From NCBI RefSeq assembly GCF_009914755.1, contig NC_060925.1: a stretch of 64,000 nt of DNA; one strand, 5' to 3'. This document shows positions 30,301 to 45,300 of the stretch, one piece after another; position 1 is the stretch's first letter, and each line of letters starts with the position of its first letter. Under the pieces are notes generated by a model. The model ran no database searches, had not been told where the DNA came from, and worked only from the letters and a program-made list of their open reading frames with translations. The position numbers and the translations under genes are program-made. Origin of the DNA: the human T2T-CHM13v2.0 reference genome, Homo sapiens.

Positions 30301-33300
30301 ATGGAATCATCGAATGAAATTGATTGAAATCATCATCAAATGGAATCGAATGGAATCATTGAATGGAATCGAATGGAATCATCATCAGATGGAAATGAAT
30401 GGAATCATCATAGAATGGAATCGAATGGATTCATTGAATGGAATCAGATGGAATCATCGAATGGACTTGAATGGAATCATTGAATGGACACGAATGGAAT
30501 CATTATGGAATGGAATTGAATGGAATCATCGAATGGTCTCGAATAGAATCATTATCAAATGGAATCGAATGGAATCACCGAATAGAATCGAATGAAACAA
30601 TCATCGAATGGACTCAAATGGAATTATCCTCAAATGGAATCGAATGGAATTATCGAATGCAATCGAATGGAATAATCGAATGCAATCGAATAGAATCATC
30701 GAATGGACTTGAAAGGAATCATCGATTGAAATGGAATGGAATAGTCAATGAACTCGAATGGAATCATCACTGAATGGAATCATCGAGTGGAATCGAATGG
30801 AATCATGATCAAATGGAATCGAAAGTAATCATCATCAAATGGAATCAAAATAACCATCATCAATTGGTATTGAATGGAATTGTCATCAAACGGAATTCAA
30901 AGGAATCATCATCAAATGGAACCGAATGGAATCCTCATTGACTGGAAATGAAAGGAGTCATCCTCTAATGGAATCGCATGGAATCATCATCAAATGGAAT
31001 CGAATGGAATCATCATCAAATGGAATCTAATGGAATCATTGAACGGAATTGAATGGAATCGTCATCGAATGAATTGAATACAATCAACGAATGGTCTCGA
31101 ATGGAACCATCTCCAAATGGAATGGAATGGAATCATCGCATAGAATCGAATGGAATTATCATCGAATGGACTCGAATGGAATCAACATCAAACGGAATCA
31201 AACGGAATTATCGAATGGAATCGAAGAGAATCATCGAACGGACTCGAATGGAATCATCTAATGGAATGGAATGGAAGAATTCATGGACTCGAATGCAATC
31301 ATCATCGAATGGAATCGAATGGAATCATCGAATGGACTCGAATGGAATAATCATTGAACGGAATCGAATGGAATCATCATCGGATGGAAACGAATGGAAT
31401 CATCATCGAATGGAATCGAATGGGATCATCAAATGGAATCAGATGGAATCATCATCAAATGGAATCCAATAGAATTATGGAATGAAATCCAATGTGATTA
31501 TCATTGAATGGACTCGAATGGAATCATCATCCAATGGAAACTAATGGAATCAACATCGAATGGAATCGAATGGAAACTCCATCGAATTGAAACGAATGGA
31601 ATTATCATGAAATTGAAATGGATGGAATCATCATCGAATGGATTCGAATGGAATCATCGAATGAAATTGATTGAAATCATCATCAAATGGAATCGAATGG
31701 AATCATTGAATGGAATCGAATGGAATCATCATCAGATGGAAATGAATGGAATCATCATAGAATGGAATCGCATGGATTCATTGAATGGAATCAGATGGAA
31801 TCATCGAATGGACTGGAATGGAATCATTGAATGGACTCGAATGGAATCATTATTGAATGGAATTGAATGGAATCATCGAATGGTCTCGAATGGAATCATT
31901 ATCAAATGGAATCGAATGGAATCACTGAATAGAATCGAATGGAACTATCATCGAATGGACTCAAATGGAATTATCCTCAAATGGAATCGAATGGAATTAT
32001 CGAATGAAATCGAATGGAATAATCGAATGCAATCGAATAGAATCATCGAATGGACTTGAAAGGAATCATCGATTGAAATGGAATGGAATAGTCAATGAAC
32101 TCGAATGGAATCATCATTGAATGGAATCATCGAGTGGAATCGAATGGAATCATGATCAAATGGAATCGAAAGTAATCATCATGAAATGGAATCAAAATAA
32201 CCATCATCAATTGGTATTGAATGGAATTGTCACCAAACGGAATTCAAAGGAATCATCATCAAATGGAACCGAATGGAATCCTCATTGAATGGAAATGAAA
32301 GGGGTCATCATCTAATGGAATCGCATGGAATCATCATCAAATGGAATCGAATGGAATCATCATCAAATGGAATCTAATGGAATCATTGAACGGAATTGAA
32401 TGGAATCGTCATCGAATGAATTGAATGCAATCAACGAATGGTCTCGAATGGAACCACCTGCAAATGGAATGGAATGGAATCATCGCATAGAATCGAATGG
32501 AATTATCATCGAATGGACCCGAATGGAATCAACAACAAACGGAATCAAACGGAATTATCGAATGGAATCGAAGAAAATCATCGAACGGGCTCGAATGGAA
32601 TCATCTAATGGAATGGAATGGAAGAATCCATGGACTCGAATGCAATCATCATCGAATGGAATCGAATGGAATCATCGAATGGACTCGAATGGAATAATCA
32701 TTGAACGGAATCGAATGGAATCATCATCGGATGGAAACGAATGGAATCATCAAATGGAATCAGATGGAATCATCATCAAATGGAATCGAATAGAATTATG
32801 GAATGAAATCCAATGTGATCATCATTGAATGGACGCGAATGGAATCATCATCCAATGGAAACTAATGGAATCAACATCGAATGGAATCGAATGGAAACAC
32901 CATCGAATTGAAACGAATGGAATTATCATGAAATTGAAATGGATGGACTCATCATCGAATGGATTCGAATGGAATCATCGAATGAAATTGATTGAAATCA
33001 TCATCAAATGGAATCGAATGGAATCATTGAATGGAATCGAATGGAATCATCATCAGATGGAAATGAATGGAATCATCATAGAAGGGAATCGCATGGATTC
33101 ATTGAATGGAATCAGATGGAATCATCGAATGGACTTGAATGGAATCGTTGAATGGACACGAATGGAATCATTATTGAATGGAATTGAATAGAATCATCGA
33201 ATGGTCTCGAATGGAATCATTATCAAATGAAGTCGAATGGAATCACCGAATAGAATCGAATGGAACAATCATCGAATGGACTCACATGGAATTATCTTCA

Positions 33301-36300
33301 AATGGAATCAAATGGATTTATCGAATGCAATCGAATGGAATTATCGAATGCAATCGAATAGAATCATCGAATGGACTCAAATGGAATCATCGAATGGAAT
33401 GCAATGGATTAATCCATGGACTCGAATTCAATCACCATCGAATACAATCGAATGGAGTCATCGAATCGACTCAAATGGAATAATCATTGAATGGAATCGA
33501 ATGGAATCATCGAGTGGAATCGAATGGAATCATGATCAAATGGAATCGAACGTAATCATCATCAAATAGAATCAAAAATAAACATCATCAATTGGTATTG
33601 AATGGAATTGTCATCAAATGGAATTCAAAGGAATCATCATCAAATGGAACCGATTGGAATCCTCATTGAATGGAAATGAAAGGAGTCATCATCTAATGGA
33701 ATCACATGGAATCATCATCAAATGGAATCGAATGGAATCATCATCAAATGGAATCTAATGGAATCATTGAACGGAATTCAATGGAATCGTCATCGAATGA
33801 ATTGAATGCAATCAACGAATGGTCTCGAAGGAACCACCTCCAAATGGAAAGGAATGGAATCATCGCATAGAATCGAATGGAATTATCATTGAATGGACTC
33901 GAATGGAATCAACATCAAACAGAATCAAACGGAATTATCGAATGGAATCGAAGAGAATCATCGAATGGACTCGAATGGAATCATCTAATGCAATGGAATG
34001 GAAGAATCCATGGTCTCGAATGCAATCATCATCGAATGGAATCGAATGGAATCATAGAATGGACTCGAATGGAATAATCATTGAACGGAATCGAATGGAA
34101 TCACCATCGGATGGAAACGAATGGAATCATCAAATGGAATCAGATGGAATCATCATCAAATGGAATCGAATACAATTATGGAATGAAATCCATTGTGATC
34201 ATCATTGAATGGACTCGAATGGAATCATAATCCAATGGAAACTAATGGAATCAACATCGAATGGAATCGAATGGAAACTCCATCGAATTGAAACGAATGG
34301 AATTATCATGAAATTGAAAGGGATGGAATCATCATCGAATGGATTCGAATGGAATCATCGAATGAAATTGATTGAAATCATCATCAAATGGAATCGAATG
34401 GAATCATTGAATGGAATCGAATGGAATCATCATCAAATGGAAATGAATGGAATCATCATAGAATGGAATCGAATGGATTCATTGAATGGAATCAGATGGA
34501 ATCATCGAATGGACTTGAATGGAATCATTGAATGGACTCGAATGGAATCATTATGGAATGGAATTGAATGGAATCATCGAATGGTCTCGAATGGAATCAT
34601 TATCAAATGGAATCGAATGGAATCACCGAATAGAATCGAATGGAACAATCATCGAATGGACTCAAATGGAATTATCCTCAAAAGGAATCGAATGGAATTA
34701 TCGAATGCAATCGAATGGAATAATCGAATGCAATCGAATAGAATCATCGAATGGACTTGAAAGGAATCATCGATTGAAATGGAATGGAATAGTCAATGAA
34801 CTCGAATGGAATCATCATTGAATGGAATCATCGAGTGGAATCGAATGGAATCATGATCAAATGGAATCGAAAGTAATCATCATCAAATAGAATCAAAATA
34901 ACCATCATCAATTGGTATTGAATGGAATTGTCATCAAACGGAATTCAAAGAATCATCCTCAAATGGAACCGAATGGAATCCTCATTGAATGGAAATGAAA
35001 GGAGTCATCCTCTAATGGAATCGCATGGAATCATCATCAAATGGAATCGAATGGAATCATCATCAAATGGAATCTAATGGAATCATTGAACGGAATTGAA
35101 TGGAATCGTCATCGAATGAATTGAATGCAATCAACGAATGGTCTCGAATGGAACCATCTCCAAATGGAATGGAATGGAATCATCGCATAGAATCGAATGG
35201 AATTATCATCGAATGGACTCGAATGGAATCAACATCAAACGGAATCAAACGGAATTATCGAATGGAATCGAAGAGAATCATCGAACGGACTCGAATGGAA
35301 TCATCTAATGGAATGGAATGGAAGAATTCATGGACTCGAATGCAATCATCATCGAATGGAATCGAATGGAATCATCGAATGGACTCGAATGGAATAATCA
35401 TTGAACGGAATCGAATGGAATCATCATCGGATGGAAACGAATGGAATCATCATCGAATGGAATCGAATGGGATCATCAAATGGAATCAGATGGAATCATC
35501 ATCAAATGGAATCGAATAGAATTATGGAATGAAATCCAATGTGATCATCATTGAATGGACTCGAATGGAATCATCATCCAATGGAAACTAATGGAATCAA
35601 CATCGAATGGAATCGAATGGAAACACCATCGAATTGAAACGAATGGAATTATCATGAAATTGAAATGGATAGACTCATCATCGAATGGATTCGAATGGAA
35701 TCATCGAATGAAATTGATTGAAATCATCATCAAATGGAATCGAAAGGAATCATTGAATGGAATCGAATGGAATCATCATCAGATGGAAATGAATGGAATC
35801 ATCATAGAATGGAATTGCATGGATTCATTGAATGGAATCAGATGGAATCATCGAATGGACTTGAATGGAATCATTGAATGGACTCGAATGGAATCATTAT
35901 GGAATGGAATTGAATAGAATCATCGAATGGTCTCGAATGGAATCATTATCAAATGAAGTCGAATGGAATCACCGAATAGAATCGAATGGAACAATCATCG
36001 AATGGACTCAAATGGAATTATCCTCAAATGGAATCAAATGGATTCATCGAATGCAATCGAATTTAATTATCGAATGCAATCGAATATAATCATCGAATGG
36101 ACTCGAATGGAATCATCGAATGGAATGCAATGGATTAATCCATGGACTCGAATTCAATCACCATCGAATACAATCGAATGGAGTCATCGAATCGACTCAA
36201 ATGGAATAATCATTGAATGGAATCGAATGGAATCATCGAGTGGAATCGAATGGAATCATGATCAAATGGAATCGAATATAATCATCATCAAATGGAATAA

Positions 36301-39300
36301 AAAATAAACATCATCAATTGGTATTGAATGGAATTGTCATCAAATGGAATTCAAAGGAATCATCATCAAATGGAACCGAATGGAATCCTCATTGAATGGA
36401 AATGAAAGGAGTCATCATCTAATGGAATCGCATGGAATCATCATCAAATGGAATCGAATGGAATCATCTTCAAATGGAATCTAATGGAATCATTGAACGG
36501 AATTGAATGGAATCGTCATCGAATGAATTGAATGCAATCAACGAATGGTCTCGAAGGAACCACCTCTAAATGGAAAGGAATGGAATCATCGCATAGAATC
36601 GAATGGAATTATCATCGAATGGACTCGAATGGAATCAACATCAAACAGAATCAAACGGAATTATCGAATGGAATCGAAGAGAATCATCGAATGGACTCGA
36701 ATGTAAACATCTAATGGAATGGAATGGAAGAATCCATGGTCTCGAATGCAATCATCATCGAATGGAATCGAATGGAATCATCGAATGGACTCGAATGGAA
36801 TAATCATTGAACGGAATCGAATGGAATCATCATCGGATGGAAACGAATGGAATCATCATCGAATGGAATCGAATGGGATCATCAAATGGAATCAGATGGA
36901 ATCATCATCAAATGGAATCGAATAGAATTATGGAATGAAATCCATTGTGATCATCATTGAATGGACTCGAATGGAATCATCATCCAATGGAAACTAATGG
37001 AATCAACATCGAATGGAATCGAATGGAAACTCCATCGAATTGAAACGAATGGAATTATCATGAAATTGAAATGGATGGACTCATCATCGAATGGATTCGA
37101 ATGGAATCATCGAACGAAATTGATTGAAATCATCATCAAATGGAATCGAATGGAATCATTGAATGCAATCGAATGGAATCATCATCAGATGGAAATGAAT
37201 GGAATCATCATAGAATGGAATCGAATGGATTCATTGAATGGAATCAGATGGAATCATCGAATGGACTTGAATGGAATCATTGAATGGACTCGAATGGAAT
37301 CATTATTGAATGGAATTGAATGGAATCATCGAATGGTCTCGAATGGAATCATTATCAAATGGAATCGAATGGAATCACCGAATAGAATCGAATGGAACAA
37401 TCATCGAATGGACTCAAATGGAATTATCCTCAAATGGAATCGAATGGAATTATCGAATGCAATCGAATGGAATAATCGAATGCAATCGAATAGAATCATC
37501 GAATGGACTTGAAAGGAATCATCGATTGAAATGGAATGGAATAGTCAATGAACTCGAATGGAATCATCATTGAATGGAATCATCGAGTGGAATCGAATGG
37601 AATCATGATCAAATGGAATCGAAAGTAATCAACATCAAATGGAATCAAAAATAACCATCATCAATTGGTATTGAATGGAATTGTCATCAAACGGAATTCA
37701 AACGAATCATCATCAAATGGAACCGAATGGAATCCTCATTGAATGGAAATGAAAGGAGTCATCATCTAATGGAATCGCATGGAATCATCATCAAATGGAA
37801 TCGAATGGAATCATCATCAAATGGAATCTAATGGAATCATTGAACGGAATTGAATGGAATCGTCATCGAATGAATTGAATGCAATCAACGAATGGTCTCG
37901 AATGGAACCACATCCAAATGGAATGGAATGGAATCATCGCATAGAATCGAATGGAATTATCATCGAATGGACCCGAATGGAATCAACATCAAACGGAATC
38001 AAACGGAATTATCGAATGGAATCGAAGATAATCATCGAACGGACTCGAATGGAATCATCTAATGGAATGGAATGGAAGAATCCATGGACTCGAATGCAAT
38101 CATCATCGAATGGAATCGAATGGAATCATCGAATGGACTCGAATGGAATAATCATTGAACGGAATCGAATGAATCATCATCGGATGGAAACGAATGGAAT
38201 CATCATCGAATGGAATCGAATGGGATCATCAAATGGAATCAGATGGAATCATCATCAAATGGAATCGAATAGAATTATGGAATGAAATCCAATGTGATCA
38301 TCATTGAATGGACTCGAATGGAATCATCATCCAATGGAAACTAATGGAATCAACATCGAATGGAATCGAATGGAAACACCATCGAATTGAAACGAATGGA
38401 ATTATCATGAAATTGAAATGGATGGAGTCATCATTGAATGGATTCGAATGGAATCATCGAATGAAATTGATTGAAATCATCATCAAATGGAATCGAAAGG
38501 AATCATTGAATGGAATCGAATGGAATCATCATCAGATGGAAATGAATGGAATCATCATAGAATGGAATTGCATGGATTCATTGAATGGAATCAGATGGAA
38601 TCATCGAATGGGCTTGAATGGAATCGTTGAATGGACACGAATGGAATCATTATTGAATGGAATTGAATAGAATCATCGAATGGTCTCGAATGGAATCATT
38701 ATCAAATGAAGTCGAATGGAATCACCGAATAGAATAGAATGGAACAATCATCGAATGGACTCAAATGGAATTATCCTCAAATGGAATCAAATGGATTTAT
38801 CGAAAGCAATCGAATGGAATTATCGAATGCAATTGAATAGAATCATCGAATGGACTCGAATGGAATCATCGAATGGAATGCAATGGATTAATCCATGGAC
38901 TCGAATTCAATCACCATCGAATACAACCGAATGGAGTCATTGAATCGACTCAAATGGAATAATCATTGAATGGAATCGAATGGAATCATCGAGTGGAATC
39001 GAATGGAATCATGATCAAATGGAATCGAATGTAATCATCATCAAATGGAATCAAAAATAAACATCATCAATTGGTATTGAATGGAATTGTCATCAAATGG
39101 AATTCAAAGGAATCATCATCAAATGGAACCGAATGGAATCCTCATTGAATGGAAATGAAAGGAGTCATCATCTAATGGAATCACATGGAATCATCATCAA
39201 ATGGAATCGAATGGAATCATCATCAAATGGAATCTAATGGAATCATTGAACGGAATTCAATGGAATCGTCATCGAATGAATTGAATGCAATCAACGAATG

Positions 39301-42300
39301 GTCTCGAAGGAACCACCTCCAAATGGAAAGGAATGGAATCATCGCATAGAATCGAAAGGAATTATCATTGAATGGACTCGAATGGAATCAACATCAAACA
39401 GAATCAAACGGAATTATCGAATGGAATCGAAGAGAATCATCGAATGGACTCGAATGGAATCATCTAATGCAATGGAATGGAAGAATCCATGGTCTCGAAT
39501 GCAATCATCATCGAATGGAATCGAATGGAATCATAGAATGGACTCGAATGGAATAATCATTGAACGGAATCGAATGGAATCACCATCGGATGGAAAAGAA
39601 TTGAATCATCAAATTGAATCAGATGGAATCATCATCAAATGGAATCGAATAGAATTATGGAATGAAATCCATTGTGATCATCATCGAATGGACTCGAATG
39701 GAATCATCATCCAATGGAAACTAATGGAATCAACATCGAATGGAATCGAATGGAAACTCCATCGAATTGAAACGAATGGAATTATCATGAAATTGAAATG
39801 GATGGAATCATCATCGAATGGATTCGAATGGAATCATCGAATGAAATTGATTGAAATCATCATCAAATGGAATCGAATGGAATCATTGAATGGAATCGAA
39901 TGGAATCATCATCAGATGGAAATTAATGGAATCATCATAGAATGGAATCGAATGGATTCATTGAATGGAATCAGATGGAATCATCGAATGGACTTGAATG
40001 GAATCATTGAATGGACACGAATGGAATCATTATGGAATGGAATTGAATGGAATCATCGAATGGTCTCGAATAGAATTATTATCAAAAGGAATCGAATGGA
40101 ATCACCGAATAGAATCGAATGAAACAATCATCGAATGGACTCAAATGGAATTATCCTCAAATGGAATCGAATGGAATTATCGAATGCAATCGAATGGAAT
40201 AATCGAATGCAATCGAATAGAATCATCGAATGGACTTGAAAGGAATCATCGATTGAAATGGAATGGAATAGTCAATGAACTCGAATGGAATCATCACTGA
40301 ATGGAATCATCGAGTGGAATCGAATGGAATCATGATCAAATGGAATCGAAAGTAATCATCATCAAATGGAATCAAAATAACCATCATCAATTGGTATTGA
40401 ATGGAATTGTCATCAAACGGAATTCAAAGGAATCATCATCAAATGGAACCGAATGGAATCCTCATTGAATGGAAATGAAAGGAGTCATCCTCTAATGGAA
40501 TCGCATGGAATCATCATCAAATGGAATCGAATGGAATCATCATCAAATGGAATCTAATGGAATCATTGAACGGAATTGAATGGAATCGTCATCGAATGAA
40601 TTGAATACAATCAACGAATGGTCTCGAATGGAACCATCTCCAAATGGAATGGAATGGAATCATCGCATAGAATCGAATGGAATTATCATCGAATGGACTC
40701 GAATGGAATCAACATCAAACGGAATCAAACGGAATTATCGAATGGAATCGAAGAGAATCATCGAACGGACTCGAATGGAATCATCTAATGGAATGGAATG
40801 GAAGAATTCATGGACTCGAATGCAATCATCATCGAATGGAATCGAATGGAATCATCGAATGGACTCGAATGGAATAATCATTGAACGGAATCGAATGGAA
40901 TCATCATCGGATGGAAACGAATGGAATCATCATCAAATGGAATCGAATAGAATTATGGAATGAAATCCAATGTGATCATCATTCAATGGACTCGAATGGA
41001 ATCATCATCCAATGGAAAGTAATGGAATCAACATCGAATGGAATGGAATGGAAACACCATCGAATTGAAACGAATGGAATTATCATGAAATTGAAATGGA
41101 TGGACTCATCATCGAATGCATTCGAATGGAATCATCGAATGAAATTGATTGAAATCATCATCAAATGGAATCGAAAGGAATCATTGAATGGAATCGAATG
41201 GAATCATCATCAGATGGAAATGAATGGAATCATCATAGAATGGAATCGCATGGATTCATTGAATGGAATCAGATGGAATCATCGAATGGGCTTGAATGGA
41301 ATCGTTGAATGGACTCGAATGGAATCATTATGGAATGGAATTGAATAGAATCATCGAATGGTCTCGAATGGAATCATTATCAAATGAAGTCGAATGGAAT
41401 CACCGAATAGAATCGAATGGAACAATCATCGAATGGACTCAAATGGAATTATCCTCAAATGGAATCAAATGGATTTATCGAATGCAATCGAATGGAATTA
41501 TCGAATGCAATCGAATAGAATCATCGAATGGACTCGAATGGAATCATCGAGTGGAATGCAATGGATTAATCCATGGACTCGAATTCAGTCACCATCGAAT
41601 ACAATCGAATGGAGTCATCGAATCGACTCAAATGGAATAATCATTGAATGGAATCGAATGGAATCATCGAGTGGAATCGAATGGAATCATGATCAAATGG
41701 AATCGAATGTAATCATCATCAAATGGAATCAAAAATAAACATCATCAATTGGTATTGAATGGAATTGTCATCAAATGGAATTCAAAGGAATCATCATCAA
41801 ATGGAACCGAATGGAATCCTCATTGAATGGAAATGAAAGGAGTCATCATCTAATGGAATCGCATGGAATCATCATCAAATGGAATCGAATGGAATCATCA
41901 TCAAATGGAATCTAATGGAATCATTGAACGGAATTGAATGGAATCGTCATCGAATGAATTCAATGCAATCAACGAATGGTCTCGAATGGAACCATCTCCA
42001 AATGGAATGGAATGGAATCATCGCATAGAATCGAATGGAATTATCATCGAATGGACTCGAATGGAATCAACATCAAACGGAATCAAACGGAATTATCGAA
42101 TGGAATCGAAGAGAATCATCGAACGGACTCGAATGGAATCATCTAATGGAATGGAATGGAAGAATCCATGGACTCGAATGCAATCATCATCGAATGGAAT
42201 CGAATGGAATCATCGAATGGACTCGAATGGAATAATCATTGAACGGAATCGAATGAATCATCATGGGATGGAAACGAATGGAATCATCATCGAATGGAAT

Positions 42301-45300
42301 CGAATGGGATCATCAAATGGAATCAGATGGAATCATCATCAAATGGAATCGAATAGAATTATGGAATGAAATCCAATGTGATCATCATTGAATGGACTCG
42401 AATGGAATCATCATCCAATGGAAACTAATGGAATCAACATCGAATGGAATCGAATGGAAACACCATCGAATTGAAACGAATGGAATTATCATGAAATTGA
42501 AATGGATGGACTCATCATCGAATGGATTCGAATGGAATCATCGAATGAAATTGATTGAAATCATCATCAAATGGAATCGAAAGGAATCATTGAATGGAAT
42601 CGAATGGAATCATCATCAGATGGAAATGAATGGAATCATCATAGAATGGAATCTCATGGATTCATTGAATGGAATCAGATGGAATCATCGAATGGGCTTG
42701 AATGGAATCGTTGAATGGACTCGAATGGAATCATTATGGAATGGAATTGAATAGAATCATCGAATGGTCTCGAATGGAATCATTATCAAATGAAGTCGAA
42801 TGGAATCACCGAATAGAATCGAATGGAACAATCATCGAATGGACTCAAATGGAATTATCCTCAAATGGAATCAAATGGATTTATCGAATGCAATCGAATG
42901 GAATTATCGAATGCAATCGAATAGAATCATCGAATGGACTCGAATGGAATCATCGAGTGGAATGCAATGGATTAATCCATGGACTCGAATTCAATCACCA
43001 TCGAATACAATCGAATGGAGTCATCGAATCGACTCAAATGGAATAATCATTGAATGGAATCGAATGGAATCATCGAGTGGAATCGAATGGAATCATGATC
43101 AAATGGAATCGAATGTAATCATTATCAAATGGAATCAAAAATAAACATCATCAATTGGTATTGAATGGAATTGACATCAAATGGAATTCAAAGGAATCAT
43201 CATCAAATGGAACCGAATGGAATCCTCATTGAATGGAAATGAAAGGAGTCATCATCTAATGCAATCGCATGGAATCATCATCAAATGGAATCGAATGGAA
43301 TCATCATCAAATGGAATCTAATGGAATCACTGAACGGAATTGAATGGAATCGTCTTCGAATGAATTGAATGCAATCAACGAATGGTCTCGAATGGAACCA
43401 CCTCCAAATGGAATGGAATGGAATCATCGCATAGAATCGAATTTAATTATAATCGAATGGACTCGAATGGAATCAACATCAAACGGAATCAAACGGAATT
43501 ATCGAATGGAATCGAAGAGAATCATCGAATGGACTCGAATGGAATCATCTAATGGAATGGAATGGAAGAATCCATGGTCTCGAATGCAATCATCATCGAA
43601 TGGAATCGAATGGAATCATTGAATGGACTCGAAAGGAATAATCATTGAATGGAATCGAATGGAATCATCATCGGATGGAAACGAGTGGAATCATCAAATG
43701 GAATCAGATGGAATCATCATCAAATGGAATCGAATAGAATTATGGAATGAAATCCATTGTGATCATCATCGAATGGACTCGAATGGAATCATCATCCAAT
43801 GGAAACTAATGGAATCAACATCGAATGGAATCGAATGGAAATTCCATCGAATTGAAACGAATGGAATTATCATGAAATTGAAATGGCTGGAATCATCATC
43901 GAATGGATTCGAATGGAATCATCGAATGAAATTGATTGAAATCATCATCAAATGCGATCGAATGGAATCATTGAATGGAATCGAATGGAATCATCATCAG
44001 ATGGAAATGAATGGAATCATCATAGAATGGAATCGAGTGGATTCATTGAATGGAATCAGATGGAATCATCGAATGGACTTGAATGGAATCATTGAATGGA
44101 CTCGAATGGAATCATTATTGAATGGAATTGAATGGAATCATCGAATGGTCTCGAATGGAATCATTATCAAATGGAATCGAATGGAATCACCGAATAGAAT
44201 CGAATGGAACAATCATCGAATGCACTCAAATGGAATTATCCTCAAATGGAATCGAATGGAATTATCGAATGCAATCGAATGGAATAATCGAATGCAATCG
44301 AATAGAATCATCGAATGGACTTGAAAGGAATCATCGATTGAAATGGAATGGAATAGTCAATGAACTCGAATGAAATCATCATTGAATGGAATCATCGAAT
44401 GGAATCGAATGGAATCATGATCAAATGGAATCGAAAGTAATCATCATCAAATGGAATCAAAAATAACCATCATCAATTGGTATTGAATGGAATTGTCATC
44501 AAACGGAATTCAAAGGAATCATCATCAAATGGAACCGAGTGGAATCCTCATTGAATGGAAATGAAAGGAGTCATCTTCTAATGGAATCGCATGGAATCAT
44601 CATCAAATGGAATCGAATGGAATCATCATCAAATGGAATCTAATGGAATCATTGAACGGAATTGAATGGAATCGTCATCGAATGAATTGAATGCAATCAA
44701 CGAATGGTCTCGAATGGAACCACATCCAAATGGAATGGATTGGAATCATCGCATAGAATCGAATGGAATTATCATCGAATGGACCCGAATGGAATCAACA
44801 TCAAACGGAATCAAACGGAATTATCGAATGGAATCGAAGAGAATCATCGAACGGACTCGAATGGAATCATCTAATGGAATGGAATGGAAGAATCCATGGA
44901 ATCGAATGCAATCATCATCGAATGGAGTCGAATGGAATCATCGAATGGACTCGAATGGAATAATCATTGAACGGAATCGAATGGAATCATCATCGGATGG
45001 AGACGAATGGAATCATCATCGAATGGAATCGAATGGGATCATCAAATGGAATCAGATGGAATCATCATCAAATGGAATCGAATAGAATTATGGAATGAAA
45101 TCCAATGTGATCATCATTGAATGGACTCGAATGGAATCATCATCCAATGGAAACTAATGGAATCAACATCGAATGGAATCGAATGGAAACACCATCGAAT
45201 TGAAACGAATGGAATTATCATGAAATTGAAATGGATGGACTCATCATCGAATGGATTCGAATGGAATCATCGAATGAAATTGATTGAAATCATCATCAAA

